A stretch of 63,987 nt of DNA, counting the filler, from an uncultured bacterium (GTDB taxonomy: Bacteria; DAOPZR01), in assembly GCA_964637655.1 (NCBI GenBank). It is 13 parts of 13 records of this genome, joined end to end, with 100 filler letters (N's around TTAATTAATTAA, not from the genome) between each part and the next. Parts side by side here need not be neighbours in the genome. Positions count along the whole stretch, not along the records: positions 5,304 to 10,439 come from CAZWUZ010000272.1; positions 10,540 to 15,663 come from CAZWUZ010000273.1; positions 15,764 to 20,829 come from CAZWUZ010000274.1; 10 more parts are not named here. One strand, 5' to 3'. Positions 9,867 to 18,857 of the stretch are shown in pieces (the first letter of the stretch is position 1; each line of letters begins with the position of its first letter). Made by a program: the position numbers and the translations under genes. Under the pieces are notes generated by a model, which made no database searches, was not told the origin of the DNA, and saw only the letters and a list, made by a program, of their open reading frames with translations.

Positions 9867-10349
9867 ATGAACCCGGCCTATGGGGTGCTCGCGGGGTGTG
9901 GCGCGGTGCTGGCCGCGGTCGTCGTTGTCGCACTGACGGCGGGGTGCCTGCTGACGCGGCGGGTGTGCGCCGCTGGCGTGGTGCTGCACGGGGCGGTGGT
10001 GGCGGCGATTGTCGCGGGGGCGTATGCGGGGACACTCCCTGACTGGTTCCGCGGACGTGACGTCCCGCATTACGATACCTTCATGCACTTCTACCTCGTC
10101 GGGCTGCTGACCTTCTTCCTCGAGGGGGCGCTGGCGGTGCCGCCGCTGCGCCTCGGACGGCTGCGCCTGCCGGTCGTGGCGCTTGCCTGCTGTGCCATCG
10201 CCCTCGCGGACGAACTGCTGGTGCAGCCGCATTTCGCCAATCGCGGGGTGAGCATGCACGACGCGCTGGGAAACATGGCGGGGGCGCTGGTGATGGGCTA
10301 TCTGGCGCTGCGCGCGCGGGATTGCACACGGGCAGCGACTGCGCTATGA
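9867..10349 (+). CDS. VanZ-like membrane protein
   Basis: DTFMHF, ADELLVQPHFANRGVSMHDALGNMAG. Confidence 0.75.
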   Translation: MNPAYGVLAGCGAVLAAVVVVALTAGCLLTRRVCAAGVVLHGAVVAAIVAGAYAGTLPDWFRGRDVPHYDTFMHFYLVGLLTFFLEGALAVPPLRLGRLRLPVVALACCAIALADELLVQPHFANRGVSMHDALGNMAGALVMGYLALRARDCTRAATAL

Positions 10350-10371
10350 TGTCGAGGTGCGGAGTGGCTTT

Positions 10372-10412
10372 CCCACCCTCACCCTGCCCTCTCCCGCCCC
10401 GGCGGGAGAGGG
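10372..10412. repeat. REP-like palindrome
   Basis: CCCACCCTCACCCTGCCCTCTCCCGCC..GGCGGGAGAGGG; near-identical inverted copy at 61009-61049. Confidence 0.8.
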
Positions 10413-10545
10413 GAAAACGGATTAACGACTTCATGGGCGNNNNNNNNNNNNNNNNNNNNNNNNNNNNNNNNNNNNNNNNNNNNTTAATTAATTAANNNNN
10501 NNNNNNNNNNNNNNNNNNNNNNNNNNNNNNNNNNNNNNNGTGTTT

Positions 10546-10584
10546 GCCTTCCCCCTCTGCGAGGGGGAAGGTTGGATGAGGGTG
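10546..10584. repeat. REP-like palindrome
   Basis: CCTTCCCCCTC-tgc-GAGGGGGAAGG-TTGGATGAGGGTG; near-identical inverted copy at 60966-61003. Confidence 0.8.
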
Positions 10585-10599
10585 AATAGTTGCGATTGT

Positions 10600-10628
10600 T
10601 TGACAATAACGGGCAACCTCGCTATCAT
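10600..10628 (+). promoter_or_regulatory. Putative sigma70 promoter of the NHLP-sortase operon
   Basis: TTGACA-17 bp-TATCAT, 56 nt upstream of the ATG; GGAGG RBS. Confidence 0.65.
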
Positions 10629-10684
10629 GCAGAGGCGGTGGTGGACTGGAAGGCAGTAAGTTCACCCTGGCGCGGAGGTTGCCC

Positions 10685-11062
10685 ATGGCAACATGGACTG
10701 ATCAGGAATGTGAAGAGGCAATCAGTCGGCTGGTAGAGCGGGCAACCAAGGATGGGGAATTCCGTCAGTTGGCGCTCGCGCAATCGCATGAAGCACTGCG
10801 CGTCGTCACCGGCAGGGACGTGCCGTCCGACCTGCAAGTGACGGTTGTGGAAATGGGAGATTCCCGTAAATCGCCGTCGGGCATAACGGTGTTGCTGCCG
10901 CCGTTCAACGCGGCAGGTCTTTCCCAAGCCGAACTCGCTCACGTTGCCGCCGGTCATGCGGGTGGGATCTATGCCACACCCGACCCGCTGTTCATGGTCT
11001 TGGGGCTGGCCAGCCTCGCCTGCGCGGCGCTGTTCCGGGTCGTTGCCATGCTGCTGCACTGA
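10685..11062 (+). CDS. NHLP (nitrile hydratase-like leader peptide) family precursor with hydrophobic C-terminal segment
   Basis: LVERATKDGEFRQLAL...VTGRDVPSDLQVTVVE...VLLPP...LSQAELAHVAAG matches the NHLP leader and double-glycine-type cleavage motif. Confidence 0.8.
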   Translation: MATWTDQECEEAISRLVERATKDGEFRQLALAQSHEALRVVTGRDVPSDLQVTVVEMGDSRKSPSGITVLLPPFNAAGLSQAELAHVAAGHAGGIYATPDPLFMVLGLASLACAALFRVVAMLLH

Positions 11063-11131
11063 CAATGCCTTGTCGCAGACGAGCATGAACCTGTTGCCCT
11101 GGTTGCCTCCATTGCCTATCCGGCCGGTTGC

Positions 11132-11719
11132 GTGAAGAGCATCTGCCTGCAGCTTCTGTTCTGCCTGCAGCTTATTTTTTTTATTCTCGCGCTGGTGTTC
11201 ATTCGCCGTCCGCTCTGGCACCGGCTCAAACTATGGTGTTACCGCCTGACCGCGGCAAACACCTGGGCGGCAGTCAAAGCCGGCCCGCCGGCGGAAATAC
11301 GGTCCGGGAAGCCGGTTGCCTGGCTGAGGGTTCCCGGCACCGGCATCAGTCATCTGGTGGTTCACGACGCCACAGACGATAATATCATTCTGCATCCGGC
11401 CGTGACGGCGCAATTTTCCCCGCTCAGCGGACCCGGCCTCAGGCAAATATGTGCGCACCGTGACATCCATTTCCGCGGATTGCGGAAACTGCGGCCCGGG
11501 GCCGAGGTGCTGGTCGAACACCCGGACTCCCGCCTGGACTGCTACCGGGTCACCCATATCGACATCATCAACCGGAGCACGCTCAATACGCTCATGACGA
11601 TGCATCGCGATGAGGACTGGCTCGTTCTCGCCACCTGCTACCCGTTCTACTACATAGGCCCGGCGCCGCAGAGGTTCCTCGTCTGGTGCCGGCCGGCGGC
11701 GGTGAGCGGACGTGCCTGA
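11132..11719 (+). CDS. Sortase (class D/GN-like)
   Basis: N-terminal membrane anchor; catalytic triad in AHRDIHF, LATCYPF and PQRF. Confidence 0.88.
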   Translation: MKSICLQLLFCLQLIFFILALVFIRRPLWHRLKLWCYRLTAANTWAAVKAGPPAEIRSGKPVAWLRVPGTGISHLVVHDATDDNIILHPAVTAQFSPLSGPGLRQICAHRDIHFRGLRKLRPGAEVLVEHPDSRLDCYRVTHIDIINRSTLNTLMTMHRDEDWLVLATCYPFYYIGPAPQRFLVWCRPAAVSGRA

Positions 11720-13799
11720 CCGCGCCCGCGGCTGTAGCGACCAGCAGCACGATTACCGGCAGGTCATGCGTGAACTGGCTGAAGAGCACCGGGAGGCGAT
11801 AATCGCCGGCGCACAGGCGACCGGCGCGCTGGGTATTCCACCGGCGCTGCTCGCCGCGGTCATCTGTCTCGAACTGCTGCGCCATTCACGTCGCCTGCGC
11901 CGGCTTGAACTGGCGGTGGAGCGCCGGCGTCTTGCCGGCGGCGCAACCGGCGGCCTGGCTACCGCCGGCTACCGCCTGCTGGCCATGTACCGGCGGGTGC
12001 CGTTTTTCGAACCATCGCTCGGCGTTGGTCAGCTCAAACTGAGCACAGCGGCCATGCTGCTCGGACACCTTGACTGGCGCGAGCCGGCACCCGAGTGCTG
12101 GCGCGAACACCGCCGCGCGGCCTGGCAGGCCTATGAGGCGCTGGCGGCATCAACCAGGCGCGATATTGTCGCGATACTCGGCGAACCGCGGCGAAATATT
12201 GCCCTGGCCGCGCAATTGCTCGCGCGCCTTAAGAACCGGCAGCACCGTTTTCCCGGTCTCCGCGCCATGGCGCTGGCAAGCGATGAGCGGGCGGTAAAAA
12301 TCCTCGTCACGGAATACAATGCCGGGCCGCTCGCCTGTGCGTGCGACAAGGTTGTCTGCTCATTCATCAGTAACACGGCCTGGCGGCTGATGACCGACCG
12401 GGTCATCAGCTGGTCTTTCGGTTCCGGCCATGGGAGCCAACCGACTGCCGGACTGCCGGACGATTGGCTTCCCGGCGGCATGATTACCCGCCCGCAACTC
12501 GATTTTGTGCTGCAACATCTGCGACAGGTGCTTGCCACCGGCGTGCCCGGGGACGTGGTCGAAATGGGTTGCCACGCCGGAACCACGACGGCACTACTCC
12601 GCCGCCAGCTTGATAACTGCGCCCCGGAACGTGCATTGCATGCTTACGATTCTTTCGCCGGACTACCGGCACCGCACGCTGAGGACGCGGCCGGTCCGGG
12701 CCAACCGGTGGTACGCGAAGGAAACTGTCGTGCCACCCCGGAACAATGGCGCGAAACCATCCGTGCCGCCGGGGTGCGCGAACCTGAACTCCACATTGGG
12801 GATTTCGGCGCGCTGCCCGAATCCGCCTATCCCGCAACGGTCGCGTTCGCCTTCTTTGACGGCGACTTGCACCGTTCGCTGCTTGACAGTTTCCGCCGCA
12901 TCTATCCGCGGCTTGCGCCCGGCGGCATCATCTGTGTCCATGACTACGACTGGGGTCCACTACCCGGCGTCCGGCGCGCCTGCGAGGATTTTCTCGCCGA
13001 CAAACCGGAAACGGTGACGGAGGTTTTTGCCACCGTGGCGGTGATCAGGAAACTGCGTCCGGCGACCGCGTACCGGATTTTCACCCCGGACGGTTTTTGT
13101 GACCTGGTGAACCGGATTGACCTGCCGCACACCCGCCGCCCCGACGTTTTACCGCCGATTACGGGATATCCCGCCGCGGACGAGCACCTGCGGCGGCTCG
13201 CCGCGGCACGCGGCTATGTGCCGCGCCCGCTCGCTGTCACGGGTGAGCTTGTCACCAACGGCCATCAGCGCCTGCAGCGCGAAGCAATGGTATCGTGGTA
13301 CCGGTTGCATGCCGCCGCCGGGCATGCGGGCATCCGGCTTGGCCTGCTGTCCGCCTACCGTTCGCCGGCGCAGCAGCAGGCAATATTTGCGCATGTACTG
13401 CGGCGACGGCTGGGAAATGATGCCGCCGGAGCGTTGCCGGCCGAACGCATTGCCGCGGGCGAACTTGACGGGGTGCTGGCGCAGGTGTTCGCCACCTGTG
13501 CACCGCCGGGTTATTCCTTGCACCACACTGGATACGCCTGCGACTTTATTGATATGAGCGGCGGGGAATCGGCAATGGCATTCGCCGGAACGCCCAGTTG
13601 TGCCTGGCTGGCGCAGGACAATCATCTGGCGGCCAGGCGGTTCGGTTTTATTCCCAGTTATCCCGAAGGAACGCAACAGGGCCCTGACCCCGAAGCGTGG
13701 GAATACCTGTGGGTCGGCGAGGATCTGTTGTTGACCGGCACAACCGTCTGCGGGAAATGCCGTCGTTGCGCCAGCGCATGTCGGCTGACCATGCGATAA
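11712..13799 (+). CDS. Tri-domain protein: lysozyme/SLT-like + TylF/MycF-type O-methyltransferase + VanY/M15B D,D-carboxypeptidase
   Basis: LLAAVICLE...SLGVGQLK...EYNAG; VPGDVVEMG...YDSFAGLP...FFDGDL...GGIICVHDY; SAYRS...APPGYSLHHTGYACD...EAWEY. Confidence 0.75.
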   Translation: MPDRARGCSDQQHDYRQVMRELAEEHREAIIAGAQATGALGIPPALLAAVICLELLRHSRRLRRLELAVERRRLAGGATGGLATAGYRLLAMYRRVPFFEPSLGVGQLKLSTAAMLLGHLDWREPAPECWREHRRAAWQAYEALAASTRRDIVAILGEPRRNIALAAQLLARLKNRQHRFPGLRAMALASDERAVKILVTEYNAGPLACACDKVVCSFISNTAWRLMTDRVISWSFGSGHGSQPTAGLPDDWLPGGMITRPQLDFVLQHLRQVLATGVPGDVVEMGCHAGTTTALLRRQLDNCAPERALHAYDSFAGLPAPHAEDAAGPGQPVVREGNCRATPEQWRETIRAAGVREPELHIGDFGALPESAYPATVAFAFFDGDLHRSLLDSFRRIYPRLAPGGIICVHDYDWGPLPGVRRACEDFLADKPETVTEVFATVAVIRKLRPATAYRIFTPDGFCDLVNRIDLPHTRRPDVLPPITGYPAADEHLRRLAAARGYVPRPLAVTGELVTNGHQRLQREAMVSWYRLHAAAGHAGIRLGLLSAYRSPAQQQAIFAHVLRRRLGNDAAGALPAERIAAGELDGVLAQVFATCAPPGYSLHHTGYACDFIDMSGGESAMAFAGTPSCAWLAQDNHLAARRFGFIPSYPEGTQQGPDPEAWEYLWVGEDLLLTGTTVCGKCRRCASACRLTMR

Positions 13800-13879
13800 C
13801 GCAATGGCACCACAAACAATAGCTGAAGAAAAGCAGATCCTGCTGCGCGGCATTCGCAAGGGCGTGCGTGACGCCCGGC

Positions 13880-14053
13880 GCGAATGCAAGCGCGCCGGAC
13901 ACAGCTTCCCCGTTTGCGCACAAACAGGTTGACCATCCCCAGCGAGATTTTTGTCTCGCTGGCCAGCGAGCGCTGCGCGGCGGACGGATTGCGCCCCGGC
14001 ACCTCAATAAGTTCGATTTCCTTTTCCGACCGCGCTGTCATCAGGCACTGCAA
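13880..14053 (-). pseudogene. Degraded winged-helix (MarR/EPS-associated) regulator
   Basis: EIELIE...NPSAAQRSLASETKISLGMVNLFVRK HTH; similarity is lost after this point. Confidence 0.55.
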
Positions 14054-14136
14054 TTACATGCGACCATTCATTATTGAACGAATGAACGGCAGGGAGCAAC
14101 GGCAGCATGGGGAACGGTGCGGGGCAGGACAGGATT

Positions 14137-14652
14137 CTACCAGCTGACCGTCACCGCCTGACTGGCACTCACTGTCTGCCCGTCAATCACCGCGCTCACG
14201 GTCACCGTGCCGCTACCGGTCGCCCCGCGTTCCTGGCAGCCGCCCCATGCTACCGTGCCGTCGGCACCCGTCGCGGCGGTGGCGCTGCCCGACGGGCCGC
14301 CCTGCGACTCGCCGCCGAGATAACAGTGCCCGACCAGTGACAGTTGCAGTGTCACCGGCACGCCGGCCGCAGGCGCACCGTCGGCACCGGTGACGGTGGC
14401 GCTGACAGTGTAGTTGTTCATCATCGTCCATGAACTGTTGCACGAAAGCGTGATGGTGCCGGTGCCCGGGGCGCCGTAGAGCAGCGCACTGAGCGCCGCC
14501 CGCCCGTTGTCAGCCTGCTGCTCACCCGCCGCGTTGCTGAACATAGCGCGCAGATTGTCACCCAGCAGCAGGAACACGGCCACCACCACCAGGGCGACCA
14601 GCCCGATGATCAGACCGTACTCGACCATGCCCTGTCCGCGTGCGTACCGCAT
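14137..14652 (-). CDS. Flp/type IVb pilin fused to a Big_1-like Ig domain
   Basis: RGQGMVEYGLIIGLVALVVV Flp motif; C-terminal VSATVTGADGAPAAGVPVTL...ATGADGTV...GTVTVSA. Alternative GTG start at 14658. Confidence 0.8.
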   Translation of the reverse strand: MRYARGQGMVEYGLIIGLVALVVVAVFLLLGDNLRAMFSNAAGEQQADNGRAALSALLYGAPGTGTITLSCNSSWTMMNNYTVSATVTGADGAPAAGVPVTLQLSLVGHCYLGGESQGGPSGSATAATGADGTVAWGGCQERGATGSGTVTVSAVIDGQTVSASQAVTVSW

Positions 14653-14719
14653 GTTCACGCTCCGCCGTTCCGTCTCCTTCCCATCCTACCACACTGCACG
14701 GTGAATGCAAGGTACGTTT

Positions 14720-15020
14720 TCATACAGCCGTCAGCAGGGCCCGCAGCCGGCCGGTATTCCCCGTCAGCGAAAACTGCTGCCGCACCGTTTCCCGTCCGCC
14801 GGCGGGCTGGCGTGCCGCCAGCCCGTCTTCCTCCGCCAGCCGGCACAACGCCCGGGCCAGCGCGGGCGCGGCGTTTTCGGGCACCAGCAGGCCGTTTTCC
14901 CCGTCGCCCACCGCCTCGCGGATGCTGCGCACGTCGCTCACCACCAGCCGCCCGACCGCCACGACCGTGTTCCCCGGCGTGCGCGTGAACCCGTCCGGTT
15001 CCTCGATGAGTCCATGGGAC
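14720..15020 (-). pseudogene. C-terminal fragment of a GT4 glycosyltransferase
   Basis: VVSDVRSIREAVGDGENGLLVP...ALARAL...QQFS; the N-terminal domain is missing. Confidence 0.65.
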
Positions 15021-15094
15021 ATTCCATCCCGCCGCCGCGCCCTTTTCCTGCTGCTGACCACCAGCATACAGGGCGCGCGCGGCAGGGGTGAGGT

Positions 15095-15535
15095 GGGGCG
15101 CAAGGGTCGCGAAGATATGCCAGGCGCGCTTTTCATTGGCCTCGGCAAGTGTGCTGCGACCGATGCGTCCGCGGATTCCCCGATGATAAAGTTTATCGGG
15201 TTGCGCACTCAGGCACGATTCGATGTCCCGTAAACTCTCGCGAAAAGTAAGCTGCGCAAAAGCCATGCACAGAAATTGAGCAAGGCAGGAGAAATTTCTG
15301 ACGCGATAGTCGCCGCGGTACTGGCGAACGATATCCTGGAAATGACGCTACGGGAGAAAATCCATCACCTGGGCGAAAACAGTACCTCCGGTATTCATCA
15401 GTCGCTCCTCGTCCGAAAGACGACCAAAGTGTACACCGGACCGGATTGCAAATCGAAACACGACCATTATCGTAAGAGCAGACGGTTTTGTATGAGGATA
15501 CGCCGATAGTGGAATTGCTCAACCGGACAGCAGCA
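15095..15535 (-). mobile_element. Truncated IS4-family element (DUF4372 transposase N-terminus with in-frame stop, plus left end)
   Basis: From ATG 15398: MNTGGTVFAQVMDFLP*RHFQ...FLCMAFAQLTFRESLRDIE...RSTLAEANEKR, with TAG at 15348-15350. Terminal-IR-like CTGCTGTCCGGTT at 15521-15533. Confidence 0.85.
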
Positions 15536-15880
15536 AGTCAATATGAAGCGGAAACTGCCAATGGTCAAACAACCCCATTGTGGTATACTGAAAGCGTTCG
15601 GTTGGAATCCTGTCTTTAGGAGCACTTAGCCACTAGGTAAAAACCGGCTCGCCCCGACGAGGGNNNNNNNNNNNNNNNNNNNNNNNNNNNNNNNNNNNNN
15701 NNNNNNNTTAATTAATTAANNNNNNNNNNNNNNNNNNNNNNNNNNNNNNNNNNNNNNNNNNNNAACCTGCGGGTGAAACCTGGCGTTGGCAATTATACCC
15801 AGATGCGGAATCGCTGGGGCTGCGTACAACATCTTGACCTCTCTCAATGCGGCAGGTATACTGCCGCGTCGGGAGGGAGC

Positions 15881-16936
15881 ATGATTTTTCACACGGCAAC
15901 CTATCCGCTCGGGCTGTACCTCGCGGTCGTGTTCTGCGCGCTGGCGGGGGCGTGGGCGCTGACCCCGCTCTGCCGTGCGCTGGCGCTGCGTGCGGGGATT
16001 GTCGACCGGCCTGATGCCAACCTCAAAACGCACGGTGAGCCGATGCCCTACCTCGGCGGGCTGGCGGTGCTCGGCGGGCTCGGGCTTGGCCTTATGGCGT
16101 ACGCGCTGCTGCCGGGTCCGACGCTGGCTGACCCGGACCGGCAACGTCTGGCGGCGCTGCTGCTCGGCACGCTGCTGATGGCGTTGCTCGGGCTGTGGGA
16201 CGACCGGCGCAACCTCTCCCCCTGGACGAAACTGGCGGTGCAGACGCTGATTGCGCTCCCGGTGGCGCTGTGGGGCGTACGCATGCAACTGGTCTGGTTT
16301 CCCGACTGGCTCAACCTGCTGCTTACCGTGCTCTGGCTGGTCGGGATGAGCAATGCGCTCAACCTCGTCGATATCATGGACGGGATGGCGGCGGGGGTGG
16401 CGGGCATCGCGGGGCTGCTCTTTTTTCTGCTCGCGGTGACCACCCCGCTCTATGACAAGACCTTCGTGGCGATGCCGGCACTGGCGCTGGCGGGCGCCTG
16501 CGGCGGCTTCCTGCGCTTCAATTTCGCGCCGGCGCGCATCTATCTCGGCGACATGGGGGCGCTCGCGCTCGGGTTCCTGCTGGGGGCGCTCGCCATCGGC
16601 GAATCATACACCTCGACGACGCTGTTCGGTCTGCTGGCCCCGCTGCTGGTGCTCGCCATTCCGCTCTACGACACCTTCTACGTCATCGTGCTGCGCCTGC
16701 TGGCCGGCAAGTCAATCCTGCGCGGCAGTCGCGACCACGTGGCGCTGCGCCTGCGCGCGCTCGGACTGAGCGTGCGGCAGACGGTGACTGTTTGCTACGC
16801 CGCGTCGCTGTTGTTCGGCGGCGGCGCGCTGGTGCTGGCACTCAGCAGCGGCACCTTTGCCGCGGTGCTGGCGGCGACGCTGGTGCTGCTGGCAGTGGCG
16901 GCCGGGGTGGCACTGTCGCGGGTGAAGATGCCATGA
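15881..16936 (+). CDS. WecA/TagO-type undecaprenyl-phosphate GlcNAc-1-phosphate transferase (MraY family)
   Basis: PYLGGLA, GLWDD, NALNLVDIMDG, FNFAPARIYLGDMG, RDH. Confidence 0.9.
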   Translation: MIFHTATYPLGLYLAVVFCALAGAWALTPLCRALALRAGIVDRPDANLKTHGEPMPYLGGLAVLGGLGLGLMAYALLPGPTLADPDRQRLAALLLGTLLMALLGLWDDRRNLSPWTKLAVQTLIALPVALWGVRMQLVWFPDWLNLLLTVLWLVGMSNALNLVDIMDGMAAGVAGIAGLLFFLLAVTTPLYDKTFVAMPALALAGACGGFLRFNFAPARIYLGDMGALALGFLLGALAIGESYTSTTLFGLLAPLLVLAIPLYDTFYVIVLRLLAGKSILRGSRDHVALRLRALGLSVRQTVTVCYAASLLFGGGALVLALSSGTFAAVLAATLVLLAVAAGVALSRVKMP

Positions 16937-18201
16937 GCCGCACGGTTATCGCTGGCGGCGGGCTGGCAGGCCTGGCGCTGGCGGCGCAGGTGCGCGGTGC
17001 GTGCACGGTGCTGGAAGCGGCGCCGGTAGCGGGCGGGCTCTGCACCTCCTACCGCGACGGTGAGTTTACCTTCGACTACACGGGACATCTCTGGCATTGC
17101 GCCGATGCGTCGTTGCGGGCGCAGGTGGAGGAGTGGCTCGGGGAACCGCTGACCGACCACCGGCGGCGTGCCGGGGTCTGGTTTGCCGGGGCGCTGCGCC
17201 CCTATCCCTTCCAGCTGGCGCTGCATGACCTGCCCGAGGCGACCGCGCGCGACCTCATTCTCGGGGTGCTGCGCGCGCGCGCGGCGGCGAAGACCCCGCC
17301 TGCGACCGACCTCGACGGGGCGGCGCGGCAGCGGCTGGGCGACGGCATCACGGACCATTTCCTGCGGCCGTATCTGGGCAAGCTGCTCGGCTGTGACCTG
17401 CGTGCGGTGCTGGCGGAAAAAACGCTGCGCTTTCTGCCGCTCCCCGACTATGCGGCGATACTGAAATCGTATCTCGACCCGGTGGACTTCGACGGCTACA
17501 ACGCCGCGTTTGCCTACCCGCGCGGCGGCAACCGGCGCATCATCGACGGCCTCTGCCGGCGCGTGCACGACCTGCGCCTGCACGCACGCGTCGCGCAGGT
17601 TGATGTGGCGCGGCGGGCGGTGCGTCTTGCGGACGGGAGCAGCGAGCCGTATGACCGGCTGGTCTGGACGGCGCCGCTGACCGTGCTCGGCAGCTGCTGT
17701 CCGGGGGCGCCGGCGACGGACGCGCTGCATGCGGCGGCGGTTATCGGGCTCAACCTCGGCATCCGCGGGATGGCGCCCTGCGACCGCCACTGGGTCTACT
17801 ATCCCGAACCGGAGTACCCGTTCTACCGCGTCGGCTGCTACACGAACTTTGCGCCGGAATGTGCACCGGCCGGGCACTATGCGCTCTATGTCGAGCTACC
17901 GGCGTCGTGGTGGGACGCGCAGCCGGAAGCGGCGCGGCTGCCGGCGGTGCATACGGCGCTGCAGGCCGGCGGGTGGCTGCGCGAGGCGGCCGACATTACC
18001 GTACGCAGCGTGACGCGTCTCGACCCGGCGTACGTCATACCGACCGCGGCCGGTGAAGCGCAGAAGGCGGCGCTGCTGGCGTGGCTGCGGGAACGCGGCA
18101 TTGACGTGCTCGGGCGCTTCGGGGAATGGGACTACCTGGCGATGGACGATGTGCTGCAGCGGGCGCGTACGCTGGCGGCGGCACTGAACGGAGCGGATTG
18201 A
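16933..18201 (+). CDS. FAD-dependent oxidoreductase (protoporphyrinogen oxidase/UDP-galactopyranose mutase-like)
   Basis: IAGGGLAGL, GGLC, FDYTGH, FAYPRGG, GRFGEWDYLAMD. Confidence 0.8.
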   Translation: MSRTVIAGGGLAGLALAAQVRGACTVLEAAPVAGGLCTSYRDGEFTFDYTGHLWHCADASLRAQVEEWLGEPLTDHRRRAGVWFAGALRPYPFQLALHDLPEATARDLILGVLRARAAAKTPPATDLDGAARQRLGDGITDHFLRPYLGKLLGCDLRAVLAEKTLRFLPLPDYAAILKSYLDPVDFDGYNAAFAYPRGGNRRIIDGLCRRVHDLRLHARVAQVDVARRAVRLADGSSEPYDRLVWTAPLTVLGSCCPGAPATDALHAAAVIGLNLGIRGMAPCDRHWVYYPEPEYPFYRVGCYTNFAPECAPAGHYALYVELPASWWDAQPEAARLPAVHTALQAGGWLREAADITVRSVTRLDPAYVIPTAAGEAQKAALLAWLRERGIDVLGRFGEWDYLAMDDVLQRARTLAAALNGAD

Positions 18202-18857
18202 TGGCGGGACGTGAAGACGCGCTGGCGATGCTCGAAGCCTACCTGACCGGCGACCCGGCGCTGCTGCCGAAGGGCGCGGCGGCCGGGGGCGGCGACACGG
18301 CAAAACTCGACGCGATACGCGCGGATATCGGTGACTGCAAGCGGTGCGGACTGTGCGATAATCGCACGCATATCGTGTTCGGGGCCGGCTCGCCGGACGC
18401 GCGCGTGGTCTTCATCGGCGAGGCACCGGGCGAAGAAGAGGATAAGCAGGGGGTGCCGTTCGTCGGGCGCTCGGGACAGCTGCTGACCCAGCTGATCACC
18501 ACCATCGGGCTGACGCGCGACGAGGTCTATATCGCCAACATCTGCAAGTGCCGTCCGCCCGGCAACCGCAACCCGCAACCCGACGAAGTGGCGGCGTGCG
18601 AGCCGTTCCTCAAGCGGCAGCTGGCGGCAATCGGACCGAAAGTGATCTGCGGACTGGGCAATGTCGCGGTGCAGACGCTGATGCGGACGAAAGTCGGCAT
18701 CACCAAACTGCGCGGGCAGGTGCTCGATTATGCGGGCATACCGCTGGTGCCGACCTTCCACCCGTCGTTCATCCTGCGTTCCGGCGGCATGGCGAGCCCG
18801 AACATGGGGCCGATGATGCGCGATTTCGAACGCCTGCGCGACATGGCGAATGGCTGA
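18201..18857 (+). CDS. Family 4 uracil-DNA glycosylase
   Basis: CKRCGL, GEAPG, PFVGRSG, KCRPPGNR, FHPS. Confidence 0.93.
   Translation: MAGREDALAMLEAYLTGDPALLPKGAAAGGGDTAKLDAIRADIGDCKRCGLCDNRTHIVFGAGSPDARVVFIGEAPGEEEDKQGVPFVGRSGQLLTQLITTIGLTRDEVYIANICKCRPPGNRNPQPDEVAACEPFLKRQLAAIGPKVICGLGNVAVQTLMRTKVGITKLRGQVLDYAGIPLVPTFHPSFILRSGGMASPNMGPMMRDFERLRDMANG

Noticed and set aside
15636-15663. Possible tRNA end or integration site at the contig edge
   Set aside because: Too little sequence; no T-loop or CCA could be confirmed.
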